Shown here one piece after another: positions 1 through 11,514 of a DNA stretch of 64,000 nt. The notes under the pieces were generated by a model. It saw only the letters and a program-made list of their open reading frames with translations. It made no database searches and was not told the DNA's origin. Position 1 is the first letter of the stretch. The number at the start of each line of letters is the position of its first letter. This DNA is from Podarcis bocagei (taxonomy: Eukaryota): NCBI GenBank assembly GCA_964188305.1, contig OZ076886.1; one strand, 5' to 3'. A program made the position numbers and the translations under genes.

Positions 1-3000
1 TTCATCACACACACAGGCACAGAGGCACACTTGCTACAGTGGAAAACCACCCTGCAGAAAGATGAGGCCTCTTCCATCCATTCTTTTTGTCAATCTACAA
101 AAGGAGGAGGAGCCCATGCCAAGAGGTCATGAGGAAGAGTAGCGGGGTACAGAGTCTTTGGGGTTCATAGAAAAAACCCAGCCTCCTCCTCAAGGCACAC
201 ACAATCCATTCATGGAATCAGGGTTGGAAGCCAAGTGGCCACCAAGTCCCGGTGAGCACAGGTGCTTAAATATCCAGGCTTAGTTAGGTGACAGACACTG
301 GATTGCACGCCTGAGGAACAAAGACTCTGCAGGAGTAAATGGATATTCATGAATAATCTACTCTTCATGCGGAGACCAAATCTGCAGGCAACATAGGTGA
401 CTTACAGCTATGTTAAAAAGTCTTCAGCAGAGCAACATCTCTGCAGATAGCTGCATCTTTCCTGATAGCTGGGCCTCTTGTGTTTAGATCTTGGGCTGTT
501 TCTGGACCTTCCTTCTTGTGTTGTGACTGCTTGATCTTGCCTTTCCCCCTTTTGAAATGTACTTATTGAAGGTTAATAAACAATAAAGCCATTAAAACCC
601 AAGACAGCCACGGTGCAATTTGAAAGATAATGTACAAACTAATTGTGAGAAATGTTTTCCTGTTAGAATATAGTGTTTGCCAAACCGCACATCCCACATT
701 TGCATCTAAATGGCCCTTGGTTTTTTTGTACTGCACTGTCATCAGAAGTTTGACTGCTTCTTGTGCTGTCCCTGTTTGGGCTTTGGACTAGTATGAGACT
801 CTGATGTTGTAGCTACCTCTGCCAACCTGCAGCTGCTCTGCCTGTGTGAATGAGGGCATTCCCCGTGTTCAGTTCTCAAATTTTTTTGAGGGGGCTCGAG
901 CCCCCTCAGGCCCCATGGAGTCGGCGCCTATGGAGCCAAGCCACCAGCTCTTCCACACTAACCTGTGGGGTGTATGTATGCAAACAAACAAATGAATGAA
1001 TGAATGCAAATGCTTTTAGAATTTGTCACAATGTTATGTGGCCTTCCTAAAAAATATTTTTAACTGCTCTGCTTTAAGGAACACGGAAAACACCCACACA
1101 CTTTGGTTCTTCCCTAAGGATCATGCAAAAGAAAAGAGTGGTTTGCAATATTGTTTCCATTTCACTTCCCCAACCACACTGAGATGTGATGATCAAGAGG
1201 AGCTGATCATTCAAATGATGATCATTCCAAACTGCAAATGGTCCTGGAACTAATTAATTTGACAGGGCTGGTGCTGCCCCTTTCTCCCTCCCCTTTCTCT
1301 CTCCCCACCAAAATCAATTAAGGAAACACATTATTTCCCCCCTCCCTCCTCTTTTGCAGAACATTTCCTAAAAGGAAGTAGGGAAAAGGAGCAGCTAGGA
1401 CTCCAGTGTGTTTTCACAGTGCTCTCCAGGGAAGACTGAGCTTGGGAGCAACTAGGCAAACGGAGATTAACAATGTGGAGAGAGGATGCTCTCAACAACA
1501 GGAGCAAGCCGTCTCCCAAGGGTTCTCACAGCGGTGGGAAAGCTTGATTGCCACATAAGGTAACGCAGGAGCTCATTCAGTTCCTCCCCCCCCCAACTCC
1601 CCAAAGACGCCCAATGAATTGTCATTTACTTTGTGCTGAGGATGGTGGGGGGAGTGTAATTGGCTGTCACTCCACTGGAGCGCATTTCATTTGCATGGCT
1701 AATGAGTTCTTCTAGGCAAGAGATGAGAATTTGGGGAGCAACATGTAATAACGTGAAGCGAGCTCAAATCGTATTAGCTAATTGCAGAGCTTTCTATAAA
1801 CATGTTGAGGAGAGATGTCCTTTCTTCTTCAGAACATCTGCTTGGAGAAAACCTGCTTTCTCAAATATAATTTTAAAAAAACTGATGTGAGTAATAGAAG
1901 CTAGAGACTGATAATAAAAAGTGTGTCTTTTTCTGCATTTAAAAGTTATGCTATAGCCTTAGAAGCCAACGACGGCAGAACTAGGAAGGTGGGACTCAGG
2001 GTTTGACAACAAAGTCTCAAATGCCTGATCTCTGAAACGGAGCTTTTTGTGTATGTCAGCAAGAAGTGCTACCAGTTCGAACTTCCAGCCTGTTTCCTGT
2101 AGGCCCTCTGTTCTCCTCACCTTGAACATGATTGCTCAACCCTGTGCGAAATCTCGCTCCTGTTGTCCAGCTCCTAGATTTGACAGCTTGTGATTGGAAA
2201 CATTCGGGAGATTCTTTTGCAATCCCATTTAGCAAAACCAGGTAACAGAATGGGATAACAAGGGGGGGGGACACACCTCATATGCCACCCACATTAATGA
2301 GCAATTAAGCAACCGCCTTTCCCTGCATATTTGGGGCTCTCTAGTCACTGCAAAGTAGGCTATGCTTTCATTGCAAATGACCATGCTGCCCAATTAACTC
2401 TAATACACTTTGTATCATCTGCCAGAAACTGGCAGATGATGTGTTAAAAGTGTATTAATAGTTTGAGGCAGTCCAAAAGCCTGAAAAGGGATCCTAATGG
2501 CTGCTGCACAGCATAATAATGGGCTCAGGAAGCACAGGAGTCAAAATAAATAATGCCATTTTGATCAGCTGCTGCAGCATTCCACCACAAACATATGACT
2601 ACTCTAAAAGGTGGTCTCTCTGCAAGCTATGGAGTCTCTCTCAAGCTATGGAGTCACCAAGATGATTAGTCAAGGGGACAATGGACAGGAACTCCACAGA
2701 CTGCTGCCTCAAGTCTTGATTGAAGGTTCAGACTCAGAATCCTTTTCGTTTTGAGGACTTGGGGCCTGAGCCTATAAGTAGGTGTGCTGCCTTCATCAAC
2801 AAGTAGGAACCATTCATTCAAAGGGGGAAGCCAAGTTAGCTCTCATTCTAGACATTAATCCCCACTTGGCCCATGCAGTATATCAGTTGGAAAGATTTCC
2901 CATTTTGGACTTCTCTGCATGTGGCTTGTCCGCAGTCCTACACTTAACATTTCCATGTCCCCCGGGCGTCACACATTCTTCCTTGCTGCACATAGCGCCA

Positions 3001-3008
3001 TCTGCATT

Positions 3009-3125
3009 ATGGATGGACAACCCCTGGCCCTCCAGATGTTGTTGGGTTCAGACTCGCATCATCCACAACCATTGGTCATGCTGGCAGGGGCTGATGGGAG
3101 TTGGAGTCCAACAAGATCAGGAGGT
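3009..3125. mobile_element. Degenerate palindromic hAT-type MITE (ggccctccagatgttg...ctgatgggagttggagtccaaca family)
   Basis: Similar to copies at 19329, 35473, 56762 and 58302; internal inverted symmetry. Confidence 0.6.
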
Positions 3126-3136
3126 AACAAGGGGTT

Positions 3137-3264
3137 CCTTGCTTTTTTCCCCATCTGGAACTCAGTTACGGCACCTCCCAGGTGGGCACCATTGCCACAA
3201 TAAGAGAACGAGGGAGGCGTTCATGGTGAGTTCCAGAACCTCTTGCCCTGGAAAAATAGCACTG
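3137..3264. mobile_element. Short non-autonomous DNA transposon, cagtgctttt...aaaagcactg end family
   Basis: Right end aaaaatagcactg resembles the right end of the 10819-10950 element; left end degraded (ccttgctttttt). Confidence 0.5.
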
Positions 3265-4542
3265 AAGGCAGCTATGATCAGATGCGGTGCCTCAGCCCAT
3301 GGGAACTCTCTTTCCCCCATTGCCACCACCAATACCAGATATAAGGAGAAAGCGCCAGTTCCTCCAATGAGTGGCAGAGTCTTAGTAAATGCCCTGTGGG
3401 AAGATGACGCTATGCCACCCCGGGCGGGTCAGCCTCCTGCACCACATTCTTGGCGATTAAAAAAAAAGCAAATATAATGGGTGCAGAGATGTCTGAACTG
3501 GCTGAATAAAACATATCAACAATTGTTTTGTTAAATGGCGCCATTCAAGCCGGTATCTCCTGCTCAGATCTATATTGAAATGCCCTTCTATTAATAAATA
3601 ACTACAGTCTCCATTCCCCGCCCCCACCTCTGCCACTTACGTTTAGTAACTGGGAATTTGGTCTTAGTTTTTATAGACATTCAGGCTAGATGTTATCTTT
3701 ATGAAGGGTTCGCTCTTTCCCCCACTGCCTTCCCCAAAACCTTTCTTCTTTTTTTCATCGAGAAAAAATGGCATGTAAAGGAGGGGAGGAGGGAACTCAC
3801 TATATTATATTTTTCATTTATATACTCCAAGCGGGGGGAAAGCAAGAGGCAATGGCTGGCTGGCTTTTGACTTGTGTGAAAACGCACCTCAAAGTAACAA
3901 TTGTGCCAAATGCCTACAATTGTGTTACAGGGAACTGTGCTGGATTTTGTCCCCATTTGCTGACAAATGCAGATCAAGCCTATTGTTTTCTGCAAATAAC
4001 CGATGGTGATTTTGGTTGGGTGTTTTGATTTTTGCTTGCAAGCGAAATAAAAGCAGAGGAAGCAATCCTCTACACTGCCAACGTGAAGGTACTTTAAGTG
4101 CCATTGATTCCAATGGGGGAGATTTAAGTGCAGAATCTCCCATAGAAGTGAATGAAACTTAAAAGAAAAAGAAAAAAGAAGTGAATGAAACTTAAAATGT
4201 TTTAAATATTTTGGCAAGGGCATTCCTTAAGTTCTGCAACTTTCACAAACTTTGTGAGGGCGTGTGGTAATTTTCTAAAATGGACCTAGCACCTGGAATG
4301 ATACAAATGAGATTGCTGCAAGGAAAGAAACCGTTTTTGGCCATTTGAGTTGTTTATGATGGATACTTGGGATTGGTTGTGGCTTGTAGAGTTATTCTCT
4401 TCCACAGGTCCAAAAGCATTTTTGACCCATTCACCCTGTGTTTGCAAAAGTCCATGAATTTTCTTGTGTAAACCGAAATACATTTTCAGGCCAGTAAAAC
4501 CTGATCTTCTAAAAGAGCAAACAGTCCCAAAGGAGTGTGCAT

Positions 4543-4543
<1 letters not shown>

Positions 4544-4584
<41 letters not shown>

Positions 4585-4599
4585 CTACTGCACACACAC
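4544..4599. repeat. (CA)n microsatellite
   Basis: About 17 pure CA units followed by degenerate units. Confidence 0.95.
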
Positions 4600-7500
4600 A
4601 ACCCTACGTACACATTCATTTTAAAAAGGTACGTGAATGACAGAATTATTATTGTTATTTTCCAGCTCTTACACCACTGCAGTAGAAATAATATGGGACA
4701 TGGTAAAATGGGCATGATCAAGCAGGTCTTGTAACCTGCATGTGAGCCTCCAGTACTTGTTGCTTCAAAAGAAAAGGAAAAACACACAGCCCCACAATGC
4801 ACCTGGTCAGTTGTGCAATGCTGTACAGGGGGGAAAATTCCATCCTGGTTCCTGCAGGCAAACAGCTTGTGCCCTGGAGCCGGAATTGCATAACCCCAGC
4901 TTACAAAGCTGACCATTTGGTCATAAAGCTACCCAGCTCTTTCTAGTTACAGTCATTTGCGAAAACATTGTGCTACTAAAAATAGTTGAAGCTCTTTTTT
5001 AAAAAAATTAAAATTAAAAAATAAAGGTGGCCTTTAAACTTCATCACGTTTCTTCTTCTGATTTTTTAAATACTTTTAAAAATCCTGGACTATATCAAAA
5101 CACATTAGCAAATGGTTGAGAATCCTGCATTCGTATCACAAAGTCGTCTTTTACGTTTTGCATTATTGCATGACAGATAAATGATAGTTTAATGGCTTAA
5201 GAAAAGGAAGTCCATTCATTTGAAGATCTTAAAGAAAGTTTACAGGCAAGGCCTCATGACAACAGCATTAACCATTTTGGAGATTGACCAGGGAGATAGA
5301 AAAGGGAGAGGATTTAGTCATATGGCAATGCCAAAAATAAATGTTCCAAGGAAGAAATGTAAACTAAGTTGCATGGACACCACCGTATTTACCATCCCGG
5401 AGTTGCCATGTTACTACATATTATCTAGGGATAATCCTGCTTCAGGTAAAATGTCTTTGATACTGGAGCGTTCTAAAACCTTACAGTAATAACAGCCATT
5501 ACAGCTTGGCATTTTCTCTCATTGGACTCATGGAAGCTCGACTCTTACTTGCCCACTTCTTTGAAAGCTATGTTAAAAACAACCACCACTAAGGTCTTTT
5601 GGGGAAGCAGCTATTCAGGAAGAGAAATTGCAGGTTTAAGGAACTCTGCTGACATGGCTAAGAATAGGGCAAATATGAATGGTGGTGTTAGGAGAGTGCG
5701 CAGGTAAAGTCTAGGTCATAGTTCTCCTTCTAAGTCATGTTATGCCTGTGGAAACAGGAGAGGGATTGTAAAAGATTTCCAAGGCCTGATTCAAGCAAAA
5801 GTCCAAAGCAGTACCAGCCAAGATGGCCAACAACCTCCAAAGTGCTATGAGGTAGAAACAGTGGCGGGCCTGGGTACTATGGCACCCTGTGCAAGGCAAA
5901 AAAAATGCCTCCCCCTTCTCACACTGTCTTCCCAAAGGTGGGTAAGGAGGTGTCCAGCTTTGGGAAGGAGACTCTAGGCTCTGGCAGGGTTCAGGAGCCC
6001 TCCCACCTCCTTCCCAATGCTGGGAAAGCACTAATGAGGCTTTGGGAAGGAGGCAGGAGGACTCTCGGACCCTGTCAGAGCCTCATGCCTCATTCCCAAA
6101 GCCCAGTGCCTCATTTACCTGGCTTTGTGAAGGCACCCCCTTGTTTCAGTACCTAGTGTGTGTGCCCTGCTCAAACAGCCATAAATCTGCCCCTGATCCA
6201 GATTTGGAAGCTTCCAGTTTTCTCATCTGTCCCGCAACATGTAGTTGACCAGGCAAACTGGTTGAGTGAGGTCCTTCACCTGAGGTGAAGAGTCTAAGTA
6301 ACTGCCTGAAGTACTCCTCCATTTCTTCAGTGGAACACTTCTCTGATATTCATCCATTGCCACAAATGATGGTGGCAGTGGGGGCCTCCCATGGCTTTCT
6401 CAGCTTGGAAGTAGCATTTCTATACAAGAGGGTAAAAAAGGAGGGAGGGAGGGAGAGGCAGACATCTACTACATGGTTACTTATCTGAATATACAGGCAA
6501 GCATAACTTTTATGCACATCCCTTCCCTATGGAAAATCAGTGGTAGAGGACAAGGAGCTGCTGAAAATTTTCCTCACCATTTGGAACGATGTGTCAGGCA
6601 ACTGTGATAACAAAATGATTGCACTGTATCCAGACTTCCTGGCCTTGACTGTAATAAGTTACCACCACTTGGTTTGTAAATGGATGATTGGCTGTACTCT
6701 CCTAATATTTCCTTCCTGCAGAGATCTGATTTATCCATACCCATGCAACAGTAGGAGTGGGGCTATCCTTGTTCTGAAAAGAAGTGACTAGAGGTGGGGA
6801 AGAGGAGGTTAACGATAATAACACAGCTTTTAAAGGTGGGGTGGGTTTATAATGACACTGTAGGGATGAGAAATGGCACGGCTATACGTGGAAAGGACCT
6901 AGAAGTGAGTTGTGATGTAATGGACACTGACCAATAGGTGTCTATCACACTGCTGTAACTGCCTTCCATTCTGCAAAGGGTGTGATACAGTTCTGCGCTC
7001 ACAGAAGCAAGAATCGTGGCTCACTAACAATTTAGACAAGTGGCTTGGATGCTGGTAAATAGTGATTATCTTGTAATGGAGGCACTTGGGAGGGCAAGAC
7101 TATCTGGATCAATGGTGGTTGCACAGTCCCTGCCCAACCCCCTGCAAATCCTTGTGCTCATCCCCTAAAGCTGTTGTGAATAGGAGTTTTCTGCATGGCA
7201 ACGGAGCATTTGTTTTGCTTTTGGGTGCATTTAGATGCTTTCACAACCATCCCTGTCAGAAGTCATCTGGGCTTCATCCTGACGCTATCTGCCCTGAGAC
7301 TCAGACTTCCCTCAGGGAGGCAGCCTGTTTGGAGCCAGTCCAAAGAGAAGGCATTCCCACCCAACACCAGCACCCCCCGCCCTTCCCACCACCTGCCCCT
7401 TCCTCAACCCATAGGGCTCAAGTCGGGACCTGTCCATTTTAGTCATGCTGCTTTGCAAGATTCTAGTACTGTATGTACGAGGAGGACGCCACCTTATCTG

Positions 7501-7934
7501 TCTTATCTGATTTTGCAAGGTCCACTCGGCACCTTGCACAACGCAGGGTCCCATATCATGCAGCTTGAGAAGCTGGTACGTAAGCAGGCCCTGTGCACAA
7601 GCCACAGTCTACTTGTGGGAGCTGAGGGCAACACTTGCTGCTGTGCCGTGGTTGGTGGTACCCACTGGGACTGGGAGGGTGGAAGGCAAGGAGCCCAACA
7701 GTAGGTGGAGGCAAGGCCAAGTAATCCCAGTTTTGACCCTATCACCTTCCTGCCTGCTGAGTCCTCCAAGGGCAATATTCTGACTGGGAGGAGGAAGCAG
7801 GTGGACAGGGCCTGTCTCTCAGGTCACAGCCCAACACTTTAACCACTACACCACACATCAGCCTCCACTGCCTCTTTGGTTCCTCTTTCCCTTTCTGCAC
7901 ACCCATCGTATTCTGCTTCCAGGGCTATATAGCT

Positions 7935-8491
7935 CAGTGGTTCCCAAGTTTCTTTGAGCCACCACAAATTCATCTCCAGTGCACCTTACCCTACCTTATA
8001 AAAAGCACTGCTAGAATAGTGGTTTGCACAACCCCCTAAGGAAGGTAATAACACAGTAAAGTTCAAAACAGTGGAAATTAATTGCGCATTTATTCAAAAT
8101 CCAGTTAAAACTACAGTGGTACCTTGGGTTACAGACACTTCAGGTTACAGACTCTGCTAACCCAGAAATAGTACCTCAGGTTAAGAACTTTGCTTCAGGA
8201 TGAGAACAGAAATTGTGCTCCAGTGGCGCAGCAGCAGCAGGAGGCCCCATTAGCTAAAGTGGTGCTTCAGGTTAAGAACAGTTTCAGGTTAAGAACGGAC
8301 CTCTGGAACGAATTAAGTTCTTAACCCGAGGTACCACTTATGTGGTTTGATTAATGCAACAAAATATGTGATCCAGTGATAGCAGCTTTTCAAAGTCCGA
8401 TAGTCATTTAAACCTCTAGCACAAACCCCCACCCCCATCTTAGTGCCCCCCAGGTAATCTGGTGCTGTACTGCCCACTTTGGGAACCACTG
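7935..8491. mobile_element. hAT (Charlie-like) non-autonomous element hosting a nested Tc1/pogo MITE
   Basis: 13-bp perfect TIR cagtggttcccaa/ttgggaaccactg; 8-bp flanks atatagct/aaatagcc (6/8 match). Confidence 0.75.
8114..8338. mobile_element. Tc1/mariner (pogo/Tigger-like) MITE, copy 1, internally shortened
   Basis: TIR CAGTGGTACC...GGTACCACT(G), TA on both sides, repeated ttcaggtta motif. Confidence 0.9.
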
Positions 8492-9707
8492 AAATAGCCT
8501 CTTAGCCTGTCCCCCATCTTTGGAAGAGGAATATCAGTGACTCAACTGAACGTGGTTGTTGTCAAGATGATACTAACAGAGGCTGCAAAGAAATGTGCAA
8601 ATAAAAAATAAATAAAAAAGCTTCCGAGATGATAAATAGCAGAAGCAATTGTTGAGTTACCCTCTTGGCAACCCTATCAAGCAGAATCAGGAGAAGCTGG
8701 CGGCAGCGGCAGCAGCAACTTGAGCAATCTAGCCAAGCAGTGGTCTGGAAATGGAGAGTTCTCCAGGAAGTTAATTCAAAAGGTTGGGCACCTTCTGCCC
8801 TGCGTTTAAACTTCCCCAGTGCAACATCAAACATGTCATTGAAGACCAAGCCCCCACAGGCCTGACAGAGAAGCGAAAAGAGTGGGCTGGAGGCATCAGA
8901 TCCTAATCTTTATTAAATAAGTACAAAGCCCTGTGCTGGCTAATGAGAAGAACAAACCGATGAAAGATCCAGCAGGCTCCTCGGAAGGACACAAAGAAAT
9001 TCATTCCTGATGAGGTTTTACTGAAAAAAGAAATACTCTACAGTGCTTGTTTTGGGGCCAAAATCTTACAGATCCCAATTTTTGCTTTTGGGCCAGGGCC
9101 ATTTGGATGGACATAAATACTACATTGCTTGTAAGCAAAGTCAGGAACGGGAGATCTGGATGCAGTTTTCTTTGTTCTGACGATGAGTCCCAGAGATAGT
9201 AATACAGGGAAGGCCTGATGGTTTGAGCCTGTAAATTACATGGGAAATAACAACGTGTGTTGGTTATTATTTGGGAGAGAGACTTGTTGTGTGGATAGTC
9301 AGAATGTTTACAACCCTGCATTAAAATAATAGGCTGTGTTGGATCATATCATGGCTTGCATAATTTATTCTCACGGCCGCACGTTCACACTTTCGGAGGA
9401 ACAGAAGTTGATGTCATACTGGCATGTTCCAGTAGGAACTGTTGACTTGTGAAGACTTTAGAGAGCAATTGTGATGACAATGTTCAGGAGTCGCAATGGA
9501 GTCTATAAACAGAGCTCTGTTCAGAGAGTAGGCACCCTAACACTAAAAACGCCACTGTTAGTCACTTTCAAGGTCTTGATAGCACTGAACTAAACAGTGT
9601 ATAATCTGAGGAGAAGTAAACAGAGAGGTTTCCTTTCTTAGTCCAGGCCTTGTATGTAGCAGGAAGATATTCAAGCAAACATGGAAGAAAGCTCTCTCAA
9701 AACTATA

Positions 9708-9925
9708 CAGCCAATCAGAGCACATGCCATCTCAGTAAGCATTATACCACTCTGCTTGGTTGCTAAGCAACACACCCACCCATCCTTCTCTTCATTAGGT
9801 GGCTTTAACACTACCCAAATTAACCTTTCACTTACAAGCTGAATGATCTCTGCTGCTGCACTTCCAACAGTTCTATCCATCTATTAATTCATCATATCCC
9901 CTTCCACCTCAAGAACAGCCAATAA
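9708..9925. promoter_or_regulatory. Candidate cis-regulatory module (NF-Y CCAAT, RFX X-box, CACCC)
   Basis: CAGCCAATCAGAG 9708-9720; GTTGCTAAGCAAC 9759-9771; cacacccaccc directly after; second agccaat near 9917. Motif match only. Confidence 0.35.
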
Positions 9926-10818
9926 CATTTTTCAATCAGTCAATAAAAACTCTTTCCACAGCCATTTTTACTGTTACATCACATTGATTTCACTGGAAGA
10001 GCTAAACATGTGCTAAATTAAACTATCTCCTACTTAAAGGGACCTAAATGTGTTACTCCCCTCTTGAGAAAACAAGACATTTGGCATCTTACTCTGGGAT
10101 TGCTATAACAAATTGACAATACAGTCCTATGCAAGTTTAGTTGGAAGAAAGTCCCACTGGGTTCAGTAGGACTTACTTCTTAGAATGTGTGTTAAGGACT
10201 GCAGCTTTAAACAACCGAGGACCCTAAATTTAAATTACTTTAAACAACTGAGGACCCTAAACTTAAATTACCATTTTGTGGTATTCAGTGAGGATAAGTG
10301 GATTTTCTAATCTGCCTTAGATCATTGGAGGAGGCTATTCCCTCTTTGCTTGTATACTTGGCAGCATGATAGAAAAATCAAAGGCGGTGCCTAATGCTGT
10401 ACTAATATTAGTTTCCCAAACCACTTCAGACAAATGTCTTGCTGCAGATTCACATTTTGGATGTGCATAGAAATATGCACTTGCGATGAAGGATTCTTGG
10501 ATACTCCTAGAGTTTACTCATAGGGGACTTTTTGCTGTTTGTTGTTCATTTTGCTGTGATGTAAAACAGGACTTTTGCAAATGAGCTGTGTTTGAGATTT
10601 GGGTTTGACACTGAACCTCCTCAAAGCATATCCAAGAGGCTTAAAGCCAAATGGGTTTAGACTGCAAACATTAGTTTATTTTGTTATTTATAAGATTTAT
10701 ATCCTTCTCTTCATCACATGAGTCACAACAATTTAATACACAACAAAAACAAAATAGACTACACCTTTAAAATACAACCATCAATTATGATGGGTAATTG
10801 TTAAATTATACACAGGAT

Positions 10819-10950
10819 CCGCGCTTTTGTCTGGGGGGACGTGGGGGGATGCATACCCCTAAACATTTTGTGAATCTAAGTTTGGCCTCATTCAAGGGCA
10901 GTATTTCAATATGAGTAAGAAAATGAGAGTACCCCTTAAAAAAAGCACTG
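10819..10950. mobile_element. hAT-type MITE (about 132 bp)
   Basis: Ends ccgcgctttt/aaaagcactg; 8-bp TSD cacaggat/cgcaggat (7/8). Confidence 0.7.
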
Positions 10951-11272
10951 CGCAGGATAAACCCAGCTGCCTCAGGGGCCTCTAATCTGTTTCTCAACCT
11001 TCCTTCAAGAAGCTCCAAGCTGCATTTTAGCCTACAATGGCCTTTGATGGACATTCTGGCTGAGTGGTGGAGCCATGTCCCAGGCCTCCCTTTGAGTGTC
11101 ACAGAAGAAATCTGAGTTTCTACGTATGACCTGGCTCTCAAAGTGTACTCTTAAAAGTGGACACTGTAATCACAAAATCCTCAAAAACACCTGCCCTTTA
11201 ACATCCCATTATGGTGGTATCCACACTTGGGCTGTATGCACATTACCAGCTTAAAACGCACCAAGGCCATTA

Positions 11273-11514
11273 CAGTGGTACCTCAGGTTAAGTACTTAAT
11301 TCGTTCCGGAGGTCCGTTCTTAACCTGAAACTGTTCTTAACCTGAAGCACCACTTTAGCTAATGATGCCTCCTGCTGCTGCTGTGCCGCCGGAGCACAAT
11401 TTCTGTTCTCATCCTGAAGCAAAGTTCTTAACCTGAGGTACTATTTCTGGGTTAGCGGAGTCTGTAACCTGAAGTGTATGTAACCTGAAGCGTATGTAAC
11501 CCGAGGTACCACTG
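11273..11514. mobile_element. Tc1/pogo-type MITE, copy 2 (242 bp)
   Basis: TA|CAGTGGTACCTC...GAGGTACCACTG|TA. Confidence 0.95.

Noticed and set aside
2782-3477. 231-aa ORF
   Set aside because: GTG start, runs through two MITE remnants, no recognisable domain
11273-11514. Spaced taacctgaag repeats resembling a CRISPR-like array
   Set aside because: Internal motifs of a TIR-bounded MITE; irregular spacing, spacers identical between copies, eukaryotic context
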